Positions 51,201-64,000 of a DNA stretch of 64,000 nucleotides are shown here, piece by piece. The notes beneath the pieces are model-generated. The model had not been told where the DNA came from and searched no databases. It saw nothing but the letters and a program-made list of their open reading frames with translations. The position numbers and the translations under genes are program-made. This stretch comes from Camelus dromedarius (lineage: Eukaryota), in the NCBI RefSeq assembly GCF_036321535.1, contig NC_087437.1, positions 91,638,001 through 91,702,000 of the forward strand. Direction: 5' to 3'. Numbering within the stretch: position 1 is the first letter of the stretch; every line of letters begins with the position of its first letter.

Positions 51201-52569
51201 AGATTGGATTTATTGAAAAACCTGTGCTATGATAAAAATCATTATTCTATACTAACTAACTAGAGAATACCATGTGTATTTAATATCTTACCTATTACTT
51301 AGAAGAAAAAGAGAATTCACCTTTGACTTCTCAAAGCATTGGTTAAGAATTGGATGCTCAAATTACATAAGCTGGGTTGCTTAAGAACAGGAATTTTTCT
51401 ACTAGTTTGTGTCATATTATTGATTCAGCCTTGTTTTTAGCAAGTAAAATAGAATTACATTTCATAGTAACATATATATGATAAATACACTAAATGAAAT
51501 TTTTTAGAAGAGGTCGAATGAATTGAGTGAGGTTCATAGGTACTTTCAATATACTTTGTGCCTCATGGTTTTACCCAGACTAATAATGTTATTCAAAGGA
51601 CATTTGTAGAGTGCACTTTTTGCTACTTCTTGGGTAGTTGATTTGTTTCTTCAGTGCTGTCACTAACATAGTAAATCAATGTTACATGACATTTTCCCAG
51701 TGATATATAACATAACTCTTCTTATTTTGTCTGGATTCAGAAGGAAGCTTATAGTGGATGAATCTCTTGCAGCCTGATTCATTTCTAGTATCGATTTCCA
51801 AAAGTCTAGCATAGGATGGCAGCATTTCAAGTTATTGAACAGTTAAAGGATATGCTTCAATTATTTCTTATTCACCCTAAAACTTAATACTAAGCAGAAC
51901 ATACTGATTTTAGATTATAAAAGATTTGTAAAAGCAATAATTAAATGTGTTTTCTTTCTAATATTTTTGTCCTTTTATCAGTTTCCTTAAGAACTAATAA
52001 TAATTTCCTGCCTTTTGTGTGGATATGGATAATGAAAATATAATTGTGTACCTAATGTCACAAAATATACCTCAAAAAAACCTATATTGAATAAATCAAA
52101 ACCCCTTAAGCCCCTTTTATTTCATTTTTCAATGGGAGGGAATTTTTAAACCACTTTACTTCGTGCTGTGTAATTTCTTTTAGTTTTAAAAAAAATTAAT
52201 GGCATCCTTCACTTCAGTTGTATTTAATGAATATTAAAATGCAGTAGATATTCTTAGAATTTTAGTTTTGATAAGGGGGTTTTCTATATATAATTTAAGA
52301 CCCAAAGGAAAAATTACAAGACTAACAACTGAGATTAGAAATATTTTTTTCAGGTTTCTTTCTGTACCATGTTTACTTTACTGAATGTATTGCTTAGATT
52401 GATACTGTATTTTGAAACTATAGATCAAACGATATTATAGCAAGGTAGTTGTGTTAAGCATTGCATGTAATTCTTAAGATAAGCAATTTTTCTGACCTCT
52501 TAGAGCAAATAATAAATTCAAAGCTTCACCCCACCCCAGGAAAGCTTTTTGTTTAAAGATCAGTTTGGA

Positions 52570-52830
52570 GTATAATGTCACTGACATTTATCGAATGCTC
52601 ACAATGGGCCAGTCTCTGTTTAGGTATCCCGAATTCTAATTTCATTCAATCCTTAATAATACTGCAAAGGGAGTATTATTACTGTCATTGTGCAGATGAA
52701 GAAATAGAAGCCCAAGCCCAGCAAGTTTAACTCATTTACCTAAAAGCAGTGTTACACAGTTAGAGGAAGAACTAGAACTTAAATCCTGATGTTTAGGACA
52801 CTAAGTTCTGAACTCTTTCTGTGTTACCCA
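52570..52830 (-). mobile_element. MIR
   Basis: 'acatttatcgaatgctcac...cattcaatccttaataata...cagatgaagaaatagaagccc'. Confidence 0.75.
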
Positions 52831-53179
52831 ACAAGGGAAAAAATATATTTTCCAATTATTTTATTGCTGTTTTTACTTTCAAACTTTGTTGCTTATGCTC
52901 AAACATATATGCCTGCAGTCATCTCCATGTGTGTATATTGTCTGAAACAACACTGCCAGCAATGCTGTAGCGGTAATATAAGATTTGTAAGTTGTATTCT
53001 GTTTTGTTTCCCCCCCAATAATCTATGCAATGGAAAATAAGATATTTCACTAATGTAACTAATCATAAAATTATTAACATTAAATTAAAACAAGACTTTT
53101 GATGGCAGATGAAGAATCCATTTCTTGTAATCACTTTAAAAAATGCCATTTGGGTATTAGGTGACCTGTAATACAAATT

Positions 53180-53445
53180 AAGGTAGTGGCCAGCAACGTG
53201 GCACCTGGAACCGAATTCCTCAGGTTTGAATCTCAGCTTCTTTATGTAATCCTTGACATTGGGCATGTGGTTTACATTTTCTATGCCTCAGTTCTCTTAT
53301 TTGTAAAGTGCGGATTAAAATGGAATTTCTCTCATAGGTTTGTTGGTTTGTTTGAGTACTAAATACCTTTATAGAATTTATGTATGAAAAACACCTTTTC
53401 ATAGTGCCTGCCTGACTCAATAAGTGATAGCTATTCTTAATTATC
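53180..53445 (+). mobile_element. MIR (near full length)
   Basis: 'ggtttgaatctcagctt...tgacattgggcatgtgg...tctatgcctcagttctcttatttgtaaagtg...atagtgcctg'. Confidence 0.85.
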
Positions 53446-54099
53446 AATGGTATTCTCAGGTCAACTGATCCAACTGAAATGATTGTGTATATGTATCAAT
53501 GTGTCCAGATGGTTTTATATTAGATGCACCATACTTACACAAAAGAGTGAATCATATAAATATGTTACTATTTGATTTCATTTTAAGAAATGAAAATATT
53601 TAAAATAACAGAATACCATTTTATTCTTTGGAGAAATTTAGTTTCCATGCACCTATGACTACATGTATCTTCAGGAATATGAAACATATTTATTCAGATA
53701 ATCAGATACAGCTAAAGCAAACCAAGGAACAAAACAAGAGTAAGACTAAAATGTTTCATACTCTGAGGTCTCAACAGACAACATCCATAGTTCACTATGT
53801 CCTCATACAAATAAATAATTTTGCTTGACAATACTCTCGTCTTTCAAGAATGTAGAATACAAATATAATATATTAAGAAAATGCATTATCCCAGTTTCAA
53901 ATGTCTGGGACACTTAAATATTTCTCAGTGCAAACCAATTAATTGATGACTTCTTTTATACAACTGTCTCGAGGTTTGCATGAATCCGACCATTCTCTCG
54001 AGGACCCAAAGGAGATCAGGTTGAGCAGAGTAACAGTGCTTTGTAATGGTGTGCAGCTAAGTTACTCATAACTCTACTTGGAATTTCCACTCTACTTTC

Positions 54100-56790
54100 C
54101 ACTACAAATATCAGCATGTTCTCTCTGGTTCTGTTCTCTTATTTTTTCCTATAAACACCTAACTATTAGTCTTTTGCAAATAAATTATATCTCATTTCTC
54201 CTACTTGTTATAATCAACTGCAGATATCAGAGTTACTCAACCTTTTAATTAAAATATTCCTGTCACAATATTTGATAATTTCAATATTTATGTTGACATA
54301 CCTCTATCTCAAAGCTTCTTGGGAATTGTTCAGGGAGCTTTTCCTCTGTAGTGCCTCACCAGTAATTTTTGTCATTACCAAGATTTGTTACCTGTAGAAT
54401 AGCATCAGTTTCAAGCATCCCACTTCCCAAGTAACTACTTTTCCATTTCTCTCCCACAAACACTCTAATTGCTAATTTTTTAGAACTTACAAGATATGAA
54501 AACCTATTGATCCTAACCAAATTTGCATTGTTTACCTGATTGACAAGCTCAATTCTCCTTCTCTCTCCTTCTGAAATACATGTTAAAAAAAAAAATCACC
54601 CTTCTTAAATTCATTTTTTCTACCTCTTCAATGGCTGAAATTGTGGCACTAAATATAGCCAGAGAAGAAGCCAGCACTACATTAACTCATCTGTAAATCC
54701 ATTACTACCAGTAACTGCTGGTCCTTATTGCTACCTGGTAATCCTACTATATATTTTTTAAAGACCTTGATAAACTTACATATTCTACTATTTTTTTAAA
54801 AAAGTTTAAAGACATTGAGTCTTTTGGATTTCTTATGCAGACAGTCTTTCCATCTCTAAATGAAGGCATATTTATTTTTACTTATTTCTGTATTACACCT
54901 TCTGGTTAATTTACTGTACTGGCTAGGATCTCTAGCTCACTGTTGCATAGAAATGGTGAGAGAGGACATTCTTGCTTTGTACCCAAACTTGGGATCTCAT
55001 CCATTATTTAACTATTATCTTTCCCCCATACCACTGCACTCAAACTGCTCACCAAGATAGATCATGAACCCCATTGTCCTAATTCTAATGGTCAGTACTC
55101 CAACCTTTTACTTGACCTATTTGTAGACTTGAATCCTTGAGGCACCCCTTCCTCCTTTGGCTTCAGCAATATCACACAATTCAGATGTTATTCCATCCCT
55201 ACAAGCTGCTGCTTTTTAATTCCCTTTAGTTTTTCCTTCTTATCCCTTCAAGTTTAAAGTTTGATTTGTTTCAGTGCTCAGGCCTTGGGAGTTTTCTGTT
55301 CTATCTGGACCAGTTCTATTCATTTTCTTGTCTGGTTACATGGCTATTTATATCATGTAAATGCCATCAAACTGTATTTTCCTAATTTATAGATCTATGG
55401 AAGATCAATCTTTTAGTGCCTGGATTAATATATTTAACTGAATTTTCTTTGATTTCTAATAGGTATGTCAAACTTAAGAAACTGAATTTAATCTCATAAT
55501 CTTCCCTCTAAAACTGGCAATTTTGCTTTCTTCTCTTCCTAATAGATAGCAACTCCACTCTTCTAGTTGCTCAGACCAACAACCTTGAAGTCATTCTTGA
55601 ATTTTTTTCCTATCATACCTCATAGTAAATTCATCAACAAATCCTGTTTACTTTATCTTCAAAACATACCAGAATCCAGTACTCCTCAACACATCTGTCT
55701 TAATAAGCTGGTCCAGGCTACCACTAACTCTTACCCCAATTTTTCTATAGCCTGAAATTGCTGTCCATTCTTCTGCCTTTGATTTTCCTACCCAATCCAT
55801 TCCAAACATGGCAGCTAAGGAGATGCTTCTCAGCATTCTCTAATCATATTTTCCAGATGGCTTCCTATTTCTTCAAATTGACATTACATTTTTCACATAA
55901 GGTTTTCAAGTATTCTGGCCTCCCTGTCAAGTCTCTGGCTTCATTTCCTATTACTTCTCTCTTTGCTCACTCCATCCAGATACATGAGTGTCCTCTCTAT
56001 TCCCCTAACGTGACAAATATACCACAGCTTCAGTCCTTTGTACTTGGTGTATCTAAGCTTGGAATAATCTTCCCCCTGATATCCACATAGTTCAAATTCT
56101 CATCTTTTTTTTGGGCATTTCATCAAATGTTAGCTTATGTTTGAGGCTTTTTCCTGATTATCCTCTTTAAATAGAATCACTTTATCCTAGCACTTTTCTT
56201 TATTCTGTTTAATATTCTCCAAATATATATCATCATCTAAAGTGGTAATTTTTAAAATTGTCAAAGAACAAAATTCTACTGAGTAAATGTTAAAGATCTT
56301 ACTGGCTGTGCTCAGTAATTCATGCATCAGGCAGCATCCAATCTAGCAGGTAGAAAGGCGCTCCAAAGAGCTTTACAAGACAAGAAATCTTGTAGGCAGA
56401 AGGGAGCAGGAACAGGAAGTTGTACTAGGCAAAAGCGGATTGGTTATTGCAAAATTTCTTGATTGCTGATGGCAAGGGGGTTGGTTACTAGACAGATAAC
56501 CTAACTAGTGCTAATCAGATGATTCCTGGTTGGCTGGTTAAGATTCCATTTCTAAGAGAGCCAAAAACTTTAAATAAGTTAAGTTTTGTATTGGTGACCA
56601 GGGGGTTAGCATAAGCAACTCCATTTTGGGTCTGTCTTCTTGTCTTTAACAATGATCTTTCTTTATGAGAATTGCAGCTAAGTAGGATAGCTTTTTGCTT
56701 ATTTGCTCAGTATAGTGCTCAAAGTGTATAGAGGTTTTAATGGCACAAAGAAAGCACCTAATAAATATTTTTGAATGTGTGGATGACTGA
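54100..56790 (+). mobile_element. Long LINE-2 fragment with 3' end, interrupted by an antisense L1 piece (~54770-54990) and an LTR (56259-56651)
   Basis: L2 motifs 'ctagttgctcagaccaacaaccttgaagtcattcttga' and 'catcaacaaatcctgtttactttatcttcaaaacata'; tail 'tggcacaaagaaagcacctaataaatatttttgaatg'; L1 piece 'aaatggtgagagaggacattcttgc'. Confidence 0.8.
56259..56651 (-). mobile_element. ERV1-type solo LTR (~393 bp)
   Basis: Minus strand starts TGTTAAAGAC...CCCAAAATGGAGTTGCTTATGCTAA and ends TTTTGTTCTTTGACA; CCAAT-like motifs internally; L2 host on both sides; no clean TSD seen. Confidence 0.8.
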
Positions 56791-58959
56791 AAGAGAAATG
56801 ATTTCCATTTTATTTTACAGACCTTTTCTCTGTTATCTGAATTGTCTTGTTTGCAACAGATCAATGACCAGCCCAAACTGTAAACAATTCCAACAGAATC
56901 TAAAGAAGTTTGAGAAAACCTTTTACTGTGTGAGACATCATCATATTTTCCTTCTATGTCTAATGGGAAATAAATTTTCAAATGTATAAAAAAGATGACT
57001 CAGAAAATAATTATAAAATAATAAAATTGAGTCATTAGTTAAGAAATACATGAATGTATAAGTGTACAATCATTTAATGTTTCAAGTTTAAAAAAATACA
57101 TTTGAAATTATATTGTCTTACTACCAAAGAAAATTATAAGTCATTGTGCTTCTATATTAATATTCATTTGGTCAAACTTTTTTATGGATGATGGCATATG
57201 TGGCTAAACAATTTTATTTAGACATCTTTTAACTTTTATTGCAAGTCTTTACTGCCAGAAACCACTCCCTCAAGGTGTATAAGCCAAAATGTTACTCACA
57301 ATTGTTGCTAAAAGTATGTATCCTACTGATAAGTTACTTCTCATTTTTACTGATCTAACCCTTAATGTACTTGGGTTGTTAGTTATAAAATAATGGTCTC
57401 AATAAAAAATGGAAACCAGAAGATAGTTGAGAATATAAATTATCAAATTAAAAAAGCCAGTGAAAATATAAATGCTTCCATACCCAAGGTATATAGTACT
57501 TGAACATAATCTGAAGATCTTGAATACTTCACTTAATAATAAACTATTTAAAATATAGAAAATACTATTGTATTTTTATCTTTTTCTTAAAATATATTTA
57601 TAAAGCACTGGGATCTATATTTTCTGCTTTATTTGCCAATCAAATGTGTTTACCTCATAAAAATTTCTACATGTTACCTTTTAGATCTAAATTACCATAT
57701 TTACCAAAACCAAAACCAACTTATAAACAGTAGGCAAAATAATTTCTAGTGTTTTTTAGGTCCTATCTTTTAAGTAGCTTTCCATTTCTGGAATAGTAAT
57801 AATGTATCAGCTGAACTGTTTTCCAGCATAGGCTAGTGCCATGTTGCTAACCCCATATAAAATATTACAGAAAGCCTAGCAATGTAATTTAAGAATTTTA
57901 AAATTTACTGTCAACATTAGAGACATTAGTAAGCAAGCCCACAGATAGTCTTTTATAGTGACTTGTAAAAGATTTAACAATTTCATTGTAGCAAAATATA
58001 AAATCTCTTATAAGTTACTTGATTTAATTGTATTTGGATTCTTGGGTTGAGTGCCATTATATGACTTACTAAAATGCTTTTCTTATCCATCATTAGTGAT
58101 AGACTCACAGCATCTATTTGCTGCTCAGTGTAGAAAAAAGCACCCCAGGATATGGCACCTGTTATGTTGAATAGTATTTCTTACTTCTCAGTAATTACAT
58201 ATGCACATCATATTTGCATAAGTGTCTTGATGACTTTTTCAGTAATCATCACGTTTGTTGTCCTGTTTAATTGTTTTTCATCTTTTACCTGGAAAGCTGA
58301 AACATCACTCACAAAATAAACTTTAAGGAAAAAACAATGGGATACTTGTTTCTGTGCTGATCGACCAACTGTTGTGTCATTTCCCCAAATATTTTTAGAA
58401 ACCACTTGAAAAATTTTAAATCTTATAAATAAATGAATGCATAATAGATATAGTTCTATTTATTTCCCCTTTTGGTTATTGTTTGGAATATCACCAAATG
58501 ACACTTTGTTCCTATGAAATACAATTTGTGGTATTGGTATTGGTAGTTTGAACACACTTCACTCAAATATAATATGTTCTTTTGTCTCAAGAAAAAATAA
58601 AAAATTCTTACATGGAATATAATTTTAGCCTAGCATCTCTCATGCAATCTCAGTATGCTTTTACTTCCCTATTATATTATGGAAAATAAAAGCACATTAA
58701 GATATACCATCAGATATAATGATAGTTCAATAGGTATTGATAAGGAGAGTAGTGTCTAAGTGAGTCTTTAGGGTATGTCCATTTTTGGTGTGCTATCTCT
58801 TACCATATTATTAACTATTCTTGAAAAATCAGAAATTGAAGTCTTCAAGTGGTGTTTCAATGGTTGGAAGTCTTCTGATTTTCAGTTCTAATAAGATAAT
58901 GGTCATTTTTTAATCTTTTACTTGTAAAATAATTATAATATTTGTAACTATCTTGCATT

Positions 58960-59360
58960 AGGTAACTTGCAAATGGTGCCTCATTTAAATCTTAGAGCAT
59001 AATGTTTTATAGTCATATTCATGATAAAGATTCTAAGAGAGTCTTAGTAACTTTTGCAAGGTCAGAGAGCTCAATTCAGAATATTTGAACTGTTTAAATC
59101 ACCAAAGTTGTTACATCCAATATTACACTGAATTGCTCATTCTTGCAAAATTAGAATGGCAGAATAACATGTGAAGTACTTTTATCTGTGTAATATATTG
59201 TGTTTAGTCACAATAAACCTGAAAACTAGGAATTATTCTTACATTTTAAATTGCATAAAGTGATATTCCAGGATGCTATGCAAATTGCACAGGATCACAT
59301 TTTGATAAATGGTTGACCCAGAAATAGAATTTAGTTATTTCTGATCCCACAACAAAAGCT
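58960..59360 (-). mobile_element. Two decayed MIRs in tandem
   Basis: 'cctcatttaaatcttag...agtaacttttgcaaggtcagagagc'; 'aaattgcacaggatcaca'. Confidence 0.5.
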
Positions 59361-60499
59361 GTTTTTCCTGTCCCCTCCTTGTGGTCAAAACGTGGATCAC
59401 AAGTGTGAAGTTATTTCCTGATCTGTGACGTGCTGGTGCTTGAAATGGTTACACAGTAATGTTTTCAAGACATAAAAGATGCCTATACTCTTCTATCTCC
59501 AGTGATTAAATGGTGAAAATTTAGCAATTTACCTTAATCATTGTTTACAGAGGTTACTGTAATGTAATGTAATTTTATAGAGGCTTTGTGCTCCCTTCAT
59601 GAACTATCTTTGAAGCCCAAAATAGCTTAAAGAAGAACAAAAAAACTTCTGAGCTCTCTACTATGTCATTGCTAAATTACTGGGATATATTTTAATTCTA
59701 AATTTTGACTATTCACAAGACTCATTCAGAGTGAGCAAGTTAATAAAAATAATAAAGTGAGTTTTATCAGTGTAAATTATCTGCATTTATAATAATGCTG
59801 AAAATTAGAGATTGGTGTTGGTGTAGGTTTTATCATATTAATAACCATTGTGACATAGGTAATGAATGTTTTTCTAAGTTTCTTCCATATTTTAATGATG
59901 ATTAATACATCAAATAGGTTTTTAAGGTCAAGTCAAAAAGAAATGGCTATTTTGGATGCCTAAATTTGAAAGATCTGTTCTTAAAGGCAATAGGTTATAA
60001 ACAGAAATAATACATTTTTTTCACAATTATATTAATCGTATATGTAATTGTGTATATATATAATTTCCTCATATCTATATCTATAATGCTTCTCAAAATA
60101 TTCTGAATATATTTCATTATAAAATTTAAAATTATCTTGAAGTTTAAATCATTTCTCAACTCCTGTATTACAGCATTAAAATTAAACACTTTTAGTTAAT
60201 TATAGTTAATTAAGGGTGACAGATCAAAAACAAAGCATCTGTTTCCTAAATAATGTGTTTTCATTAGTTTTATTTTTATATGTCATTATCAAGAAGTGGT
60301 TACATGGAAAAATGACTTAATTTAATTAGCTGTAAACATTATTTAAACAAATTCAATAATTGTAAACTATAGAAGAAAATATTCTAATTTATATTAACAT
60401 TGAACTTTAAAGTTGATTTTATAGTATTCCCCCAACAAATGTTTTCAATATGGCATTCATTTTTATGATACTGTAAACTTGCTGCCGGACAGCTTGCCT

Positions 60500-60678
60500 T
60501 TTTTTTTTTTTTTAATATTTTTATTTTATCTTACATTTTTTTTTTTTTAATTTATGAGGGGAGGTAATTAGGTTTGTTTATTTATTTATTTATTTAATGG
60601 AGTTACTTACTGGGAATTGAACCCACGATCTCATGCATGCTAGGCACGCACGCTACCACCGAGCTATACCCTCCCCCC
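60500..60678 (-). mobile_element. tRNA-derived camelid SINE (Vic-1-like) with TSD
   Basis: Minus strand GGGGAGGGTATAGCTCGGTGGTAG (A box)...GGGTTCAATTCCCAGTA (B box)...(TAAA)n CAAACCTAATTACCTCCCC plus an A-rich tail; GGACAGCTTGCCT at 60487-60499 and 60680-60692. Confidence 0.92.
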
Positions 60679-63600
60679 TGGACAGCTTGCCTCTTATGGA
60701 GCCAATCTGTGAACCTTTGGGCTTTGGATGACCTAGAACATCAAAACATACCTTACATAAAAAGCAGGTTTTCATATGTCAGAGTAGATAATATTTTTAT
60801 TGTAGTATTTTGAATGCAAATTACTTTTGTATACTGGCAAAACACAATATTTGGGAATATCTTGTTACCCCAGTTAGGATGATTTTTTTGGTTTGTTATT
60901 CAGTGTATGTTGGCAGGGGGATGGATATTTTTGCTTGCTTGTGAAATCTTCTGATAGTTGATAAAGGGCAGTAAAGAGGTTAATATAGAGAAGTGAGTAT
61001 CTTTGTATTTGTAACAAATTGGAACTTTGTCAATGGCAACATTGATAATCATTATTTGATAGCCCAAATTTGACAGCATGTTTTAATGCCCTTGATTTTT
61101 AATGGCCTCACTGATTTATGGAAATGAAGTAGAGAGTGTGTTGCTTATCTAATCTTCTCTGATCCCATTCCAGACTACTATTCCTTAAGGAAATGGTATT
61201 TTTAACTTTAGAATGAGCAGATCTCAATTATCTACTCCCATTAAGGAAGCATTGAGTGGAATATGATGATTTTTGTTTGATTTAAATCTTTATAACTTCT
61301 ATGATGTAACATTTTTATTCACTAGCATATTCTGTGAAATTATATTATAGTTAAGTACTGGAGTGTGCTTAACAAGATCCTTCAAATGTTCTTCTATATT
61401 CTTAAAGACAAGTATGAAAAAAATCATTTCAATTAATATGTAAGAGATGAAGGTGACCTTAATAAGTTGTAAAAATTCCACTTCAAACTTTTAGATGGTG
61501 TTATTTTTGAATAATTAAAATGAGGACTTCCTGCCTGCACCCCATTCTTTTCGATGATGCAGCCCATCAAATTTTGGTATTCAGATGGAATTTTCTCTAG
61601 GGACAGAGGTATTATTGGTTTCCTAAGAGACACATGTCCTTCATATATTTCGTGTTAATGAGTAGGGTGAGTTGAGTGGAATCATTTTAGAAAGGGGATC
61701 AATTTTGATAAAAATTGAAGCATTATCATAAAAGTGATGTTTCCCTGACTGCAATGTGAAATATCCTTATTTGAAGTACATATTTGATTTAGCTGGCAGT
61801 TGCTTCTTGCCTTCAAATATGAATGACTCAAACTTAAAGGTTAAACCAAATTTTAAACATATTAAAATACCATATGTTACATCATGAAGAAAATATTGGT
61901 CAGATTCCATTAAATAATTTTATAACAAAATTAATTAGTCATTTACAGCAGAAAAAAACTAATCTAGCTTTATGTAATCCTTCCCTGTATGATATATGCT
62001 GTATTCACACATTTTTCATTTATGGTCAAACATACTATAATTTATAAGCAAGATAAATAGTCAATATGAATCAGTCATTATTTTAAAAGATAGAAAGTAA
62101 TTATGTACAGTTAGTAGCAAAACTCAGAAGCTCAGAATTTGTATATTATGGATTAGAGTAAAAACAAGAGTGAAATAATATAAACTGGTACAATAATACA
62201 AAATAGACATTGTAAGAAATTCAAGGCCAGTATTGGTAAATGTGTAGAATGTTTGGCAAAACAGTTTGTTAAAAGAAAACAAATTGGTTACAGAAACATT
62301 AAAAGCTTGACATACAGATAGTTACATTTGACTACTAATCTTTCTGTGAAATGTATTTTCTCTTGAATGAGTCTGAGAGATAAGTAAACTAGTGAAAACT
62401 TAGTTTATGGACACAATTATCAAATTATAGTACACTAACTCTTCAGCAATTTCATGGACAAAATAATTAAAACATGATAAAAGTAATTTCCAAGCTGTAG
62501 CCTATATAAAATAGAGCTGGGAAAGAGTATTCATATATTGTTAATAAATTTTCCACTCACTCACACACTTCTGTACACATCATTTTGGTACTACTGGAAG
62601 AAACATGAGATTCACCTCTTTAATACAGAGAGGAAGATTAATTTGATAATATAGCCTCATTTTAATAGAATGATGGCTTTATAAGTTAAATGACTGTACA
62701 GTGGAACCAGTCCTAGGAATAGCAAATAAATTGATATAATATTAATTAGCCAGTTTATAGTCATTATTTTTAAAAATTAAGCAGTCTAATCATATCTGAT
62801 TAAAATTATCCAAGACAAAGAATTCAATTCCAAACATTTTAGTTATAAAGCTCGGCTTTTTTTTTGTTTTTATTCACTAATAATTAACTTTTAAAAATCC
62901 TTAATTTGTGCCAATCACTGTTAAAAATATTTCAGTAAATTACCTCAACCTGTCTCAATATTCCTATAGATAAGTTGACTAATATCTCACAATCAAGAAA
63001 TAAAAGAGCTGGAATTTAATTTTGGTCTTTATTTTCAACCATTCCATTGAATACTATGTAATTACAAGTTATATCATATTTCCTGGTCAGGTTGACAACA
63101 AAAGTGTTTATAAACATCAGGATCTACTTTATCTGTGTACCAGGAAAGAGGCTGGATATTTAGAATGCCTATTCTCATTAGTATGAATAGAGTGCCTGGC
63201 ACTAAGTTTCCCAAAGAAAATAGCCTGAAACACTCCAAGGATTTTTCTACATAGTTGAAACACTATTTAGGGTCATAGTATAAATATTTAACTACTAAAT
63301 ATAAAATAGCTCCCAAATATAGTATGTAAAGAACTCCATGTTGTAAATCATATTTTTGAAATTAGCATACTAAATTAACCTGCTTTGCAACTTACCATAA
63401 AATAATTATATTTAAAAACATATTATCACTGACTATGCACCAAATTATCAATAAATCAGCATATTTTTGTAGAGGAAGAATTTTTCACTAACTTATTGTT
63501 AAATAAAGAATTATTTAGTGCCTGATGTACTTGTCATTTACTAGATATTGCAGATATATCTAGTACCCCCAAACTCCCACGTTTCCCCATATTCCTTCAG

Positions 63601-64000
63601 CCTCTTTAAAGTTTGGCAGGGCCAGGTATCATTTCTGAATGAAATTACCTACAGTCACAACCTGACAGCTCTTTCATTATATGATATTAATTATAATTAA
63701 TTATTGGGCCATCTAAAAGCAACCATTGATATTACAAGGATGCAAAATGGGAGAAATCTAGATTTGTGAGCAATTGAAGTAACATAGTTCTAAAGGTCCT
63801 TCTAATCTTGAGAAGACCTTCATGAATATAAAACATTTCTGTTATATTTAACCACTGAGATTTTACAGTCAATTTGATGCTATAGCATGTTGACTAACAC
63901 ATTAAGTGGTAGAGATAAATATTTGGTAAGGGAAGAGAAAGATATGGTTTCTCACTACATGGATCTTGTAATTGGCTATAGAAGAAAGACAGTAGTGAAA

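Noticed and set aside
55567..56989. Cluster of 60-111 aa ORFs
   Set aside because: They lie largely in or across L2 and LTR sequence; no coherent gene structure
60600..60678. tRNA-like sequence with A and B boxes
   Set aside because: It is the head of a SINE with tail and TSD, not a tRNA gene
61433..61633. 66-aa minus-strand ORF in unique sequence
   Set aside because: No recognisable homology or convincing splice-site pair
1..64000. CRISPR arrays, operons or other prokaryote-type systems
   Set aside because: The sequence is mammalian. The only tandem repeats are microsatellites and short duplications, with no repeat-spacer periodicity.

Overview
This is a very AT-rich, CpG-depleted mammalian window, either intergenic or deep-intronic. 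It is most likely camelid (camel/alpaca), judged from a tRNA-derived Vic-1-type SINE at ~60.5 kb. I recognise no confident protein-coding exon; the supplied ORFs are decayed LINE-1 frames or chance ORFs. The window is a layered transposon graveyard: a full-length but dead ~6.6 kb L1 with an apparent 9-bp target-site duplication, older L1M/L2/L3 fragments, MIRs, MaLR/ERVL LTRs, two ERV1-type solo LTRs, MER5A and MER2 DNA-transposon fossils, and microsatellites. The most unusual stretch is 34.5-36.2 kb. There a solo LTR and a MER5A precede a locally CpG-retaining unique segment holding two candidate exons, which could splice into a 61-aa peptide with one hydrophobic segment. That model is speculative. 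Repeat family names come from recalled consensus sequences, and boundaries are approximate unless a TSD is given. I found no evidence for a new multi-gene system.
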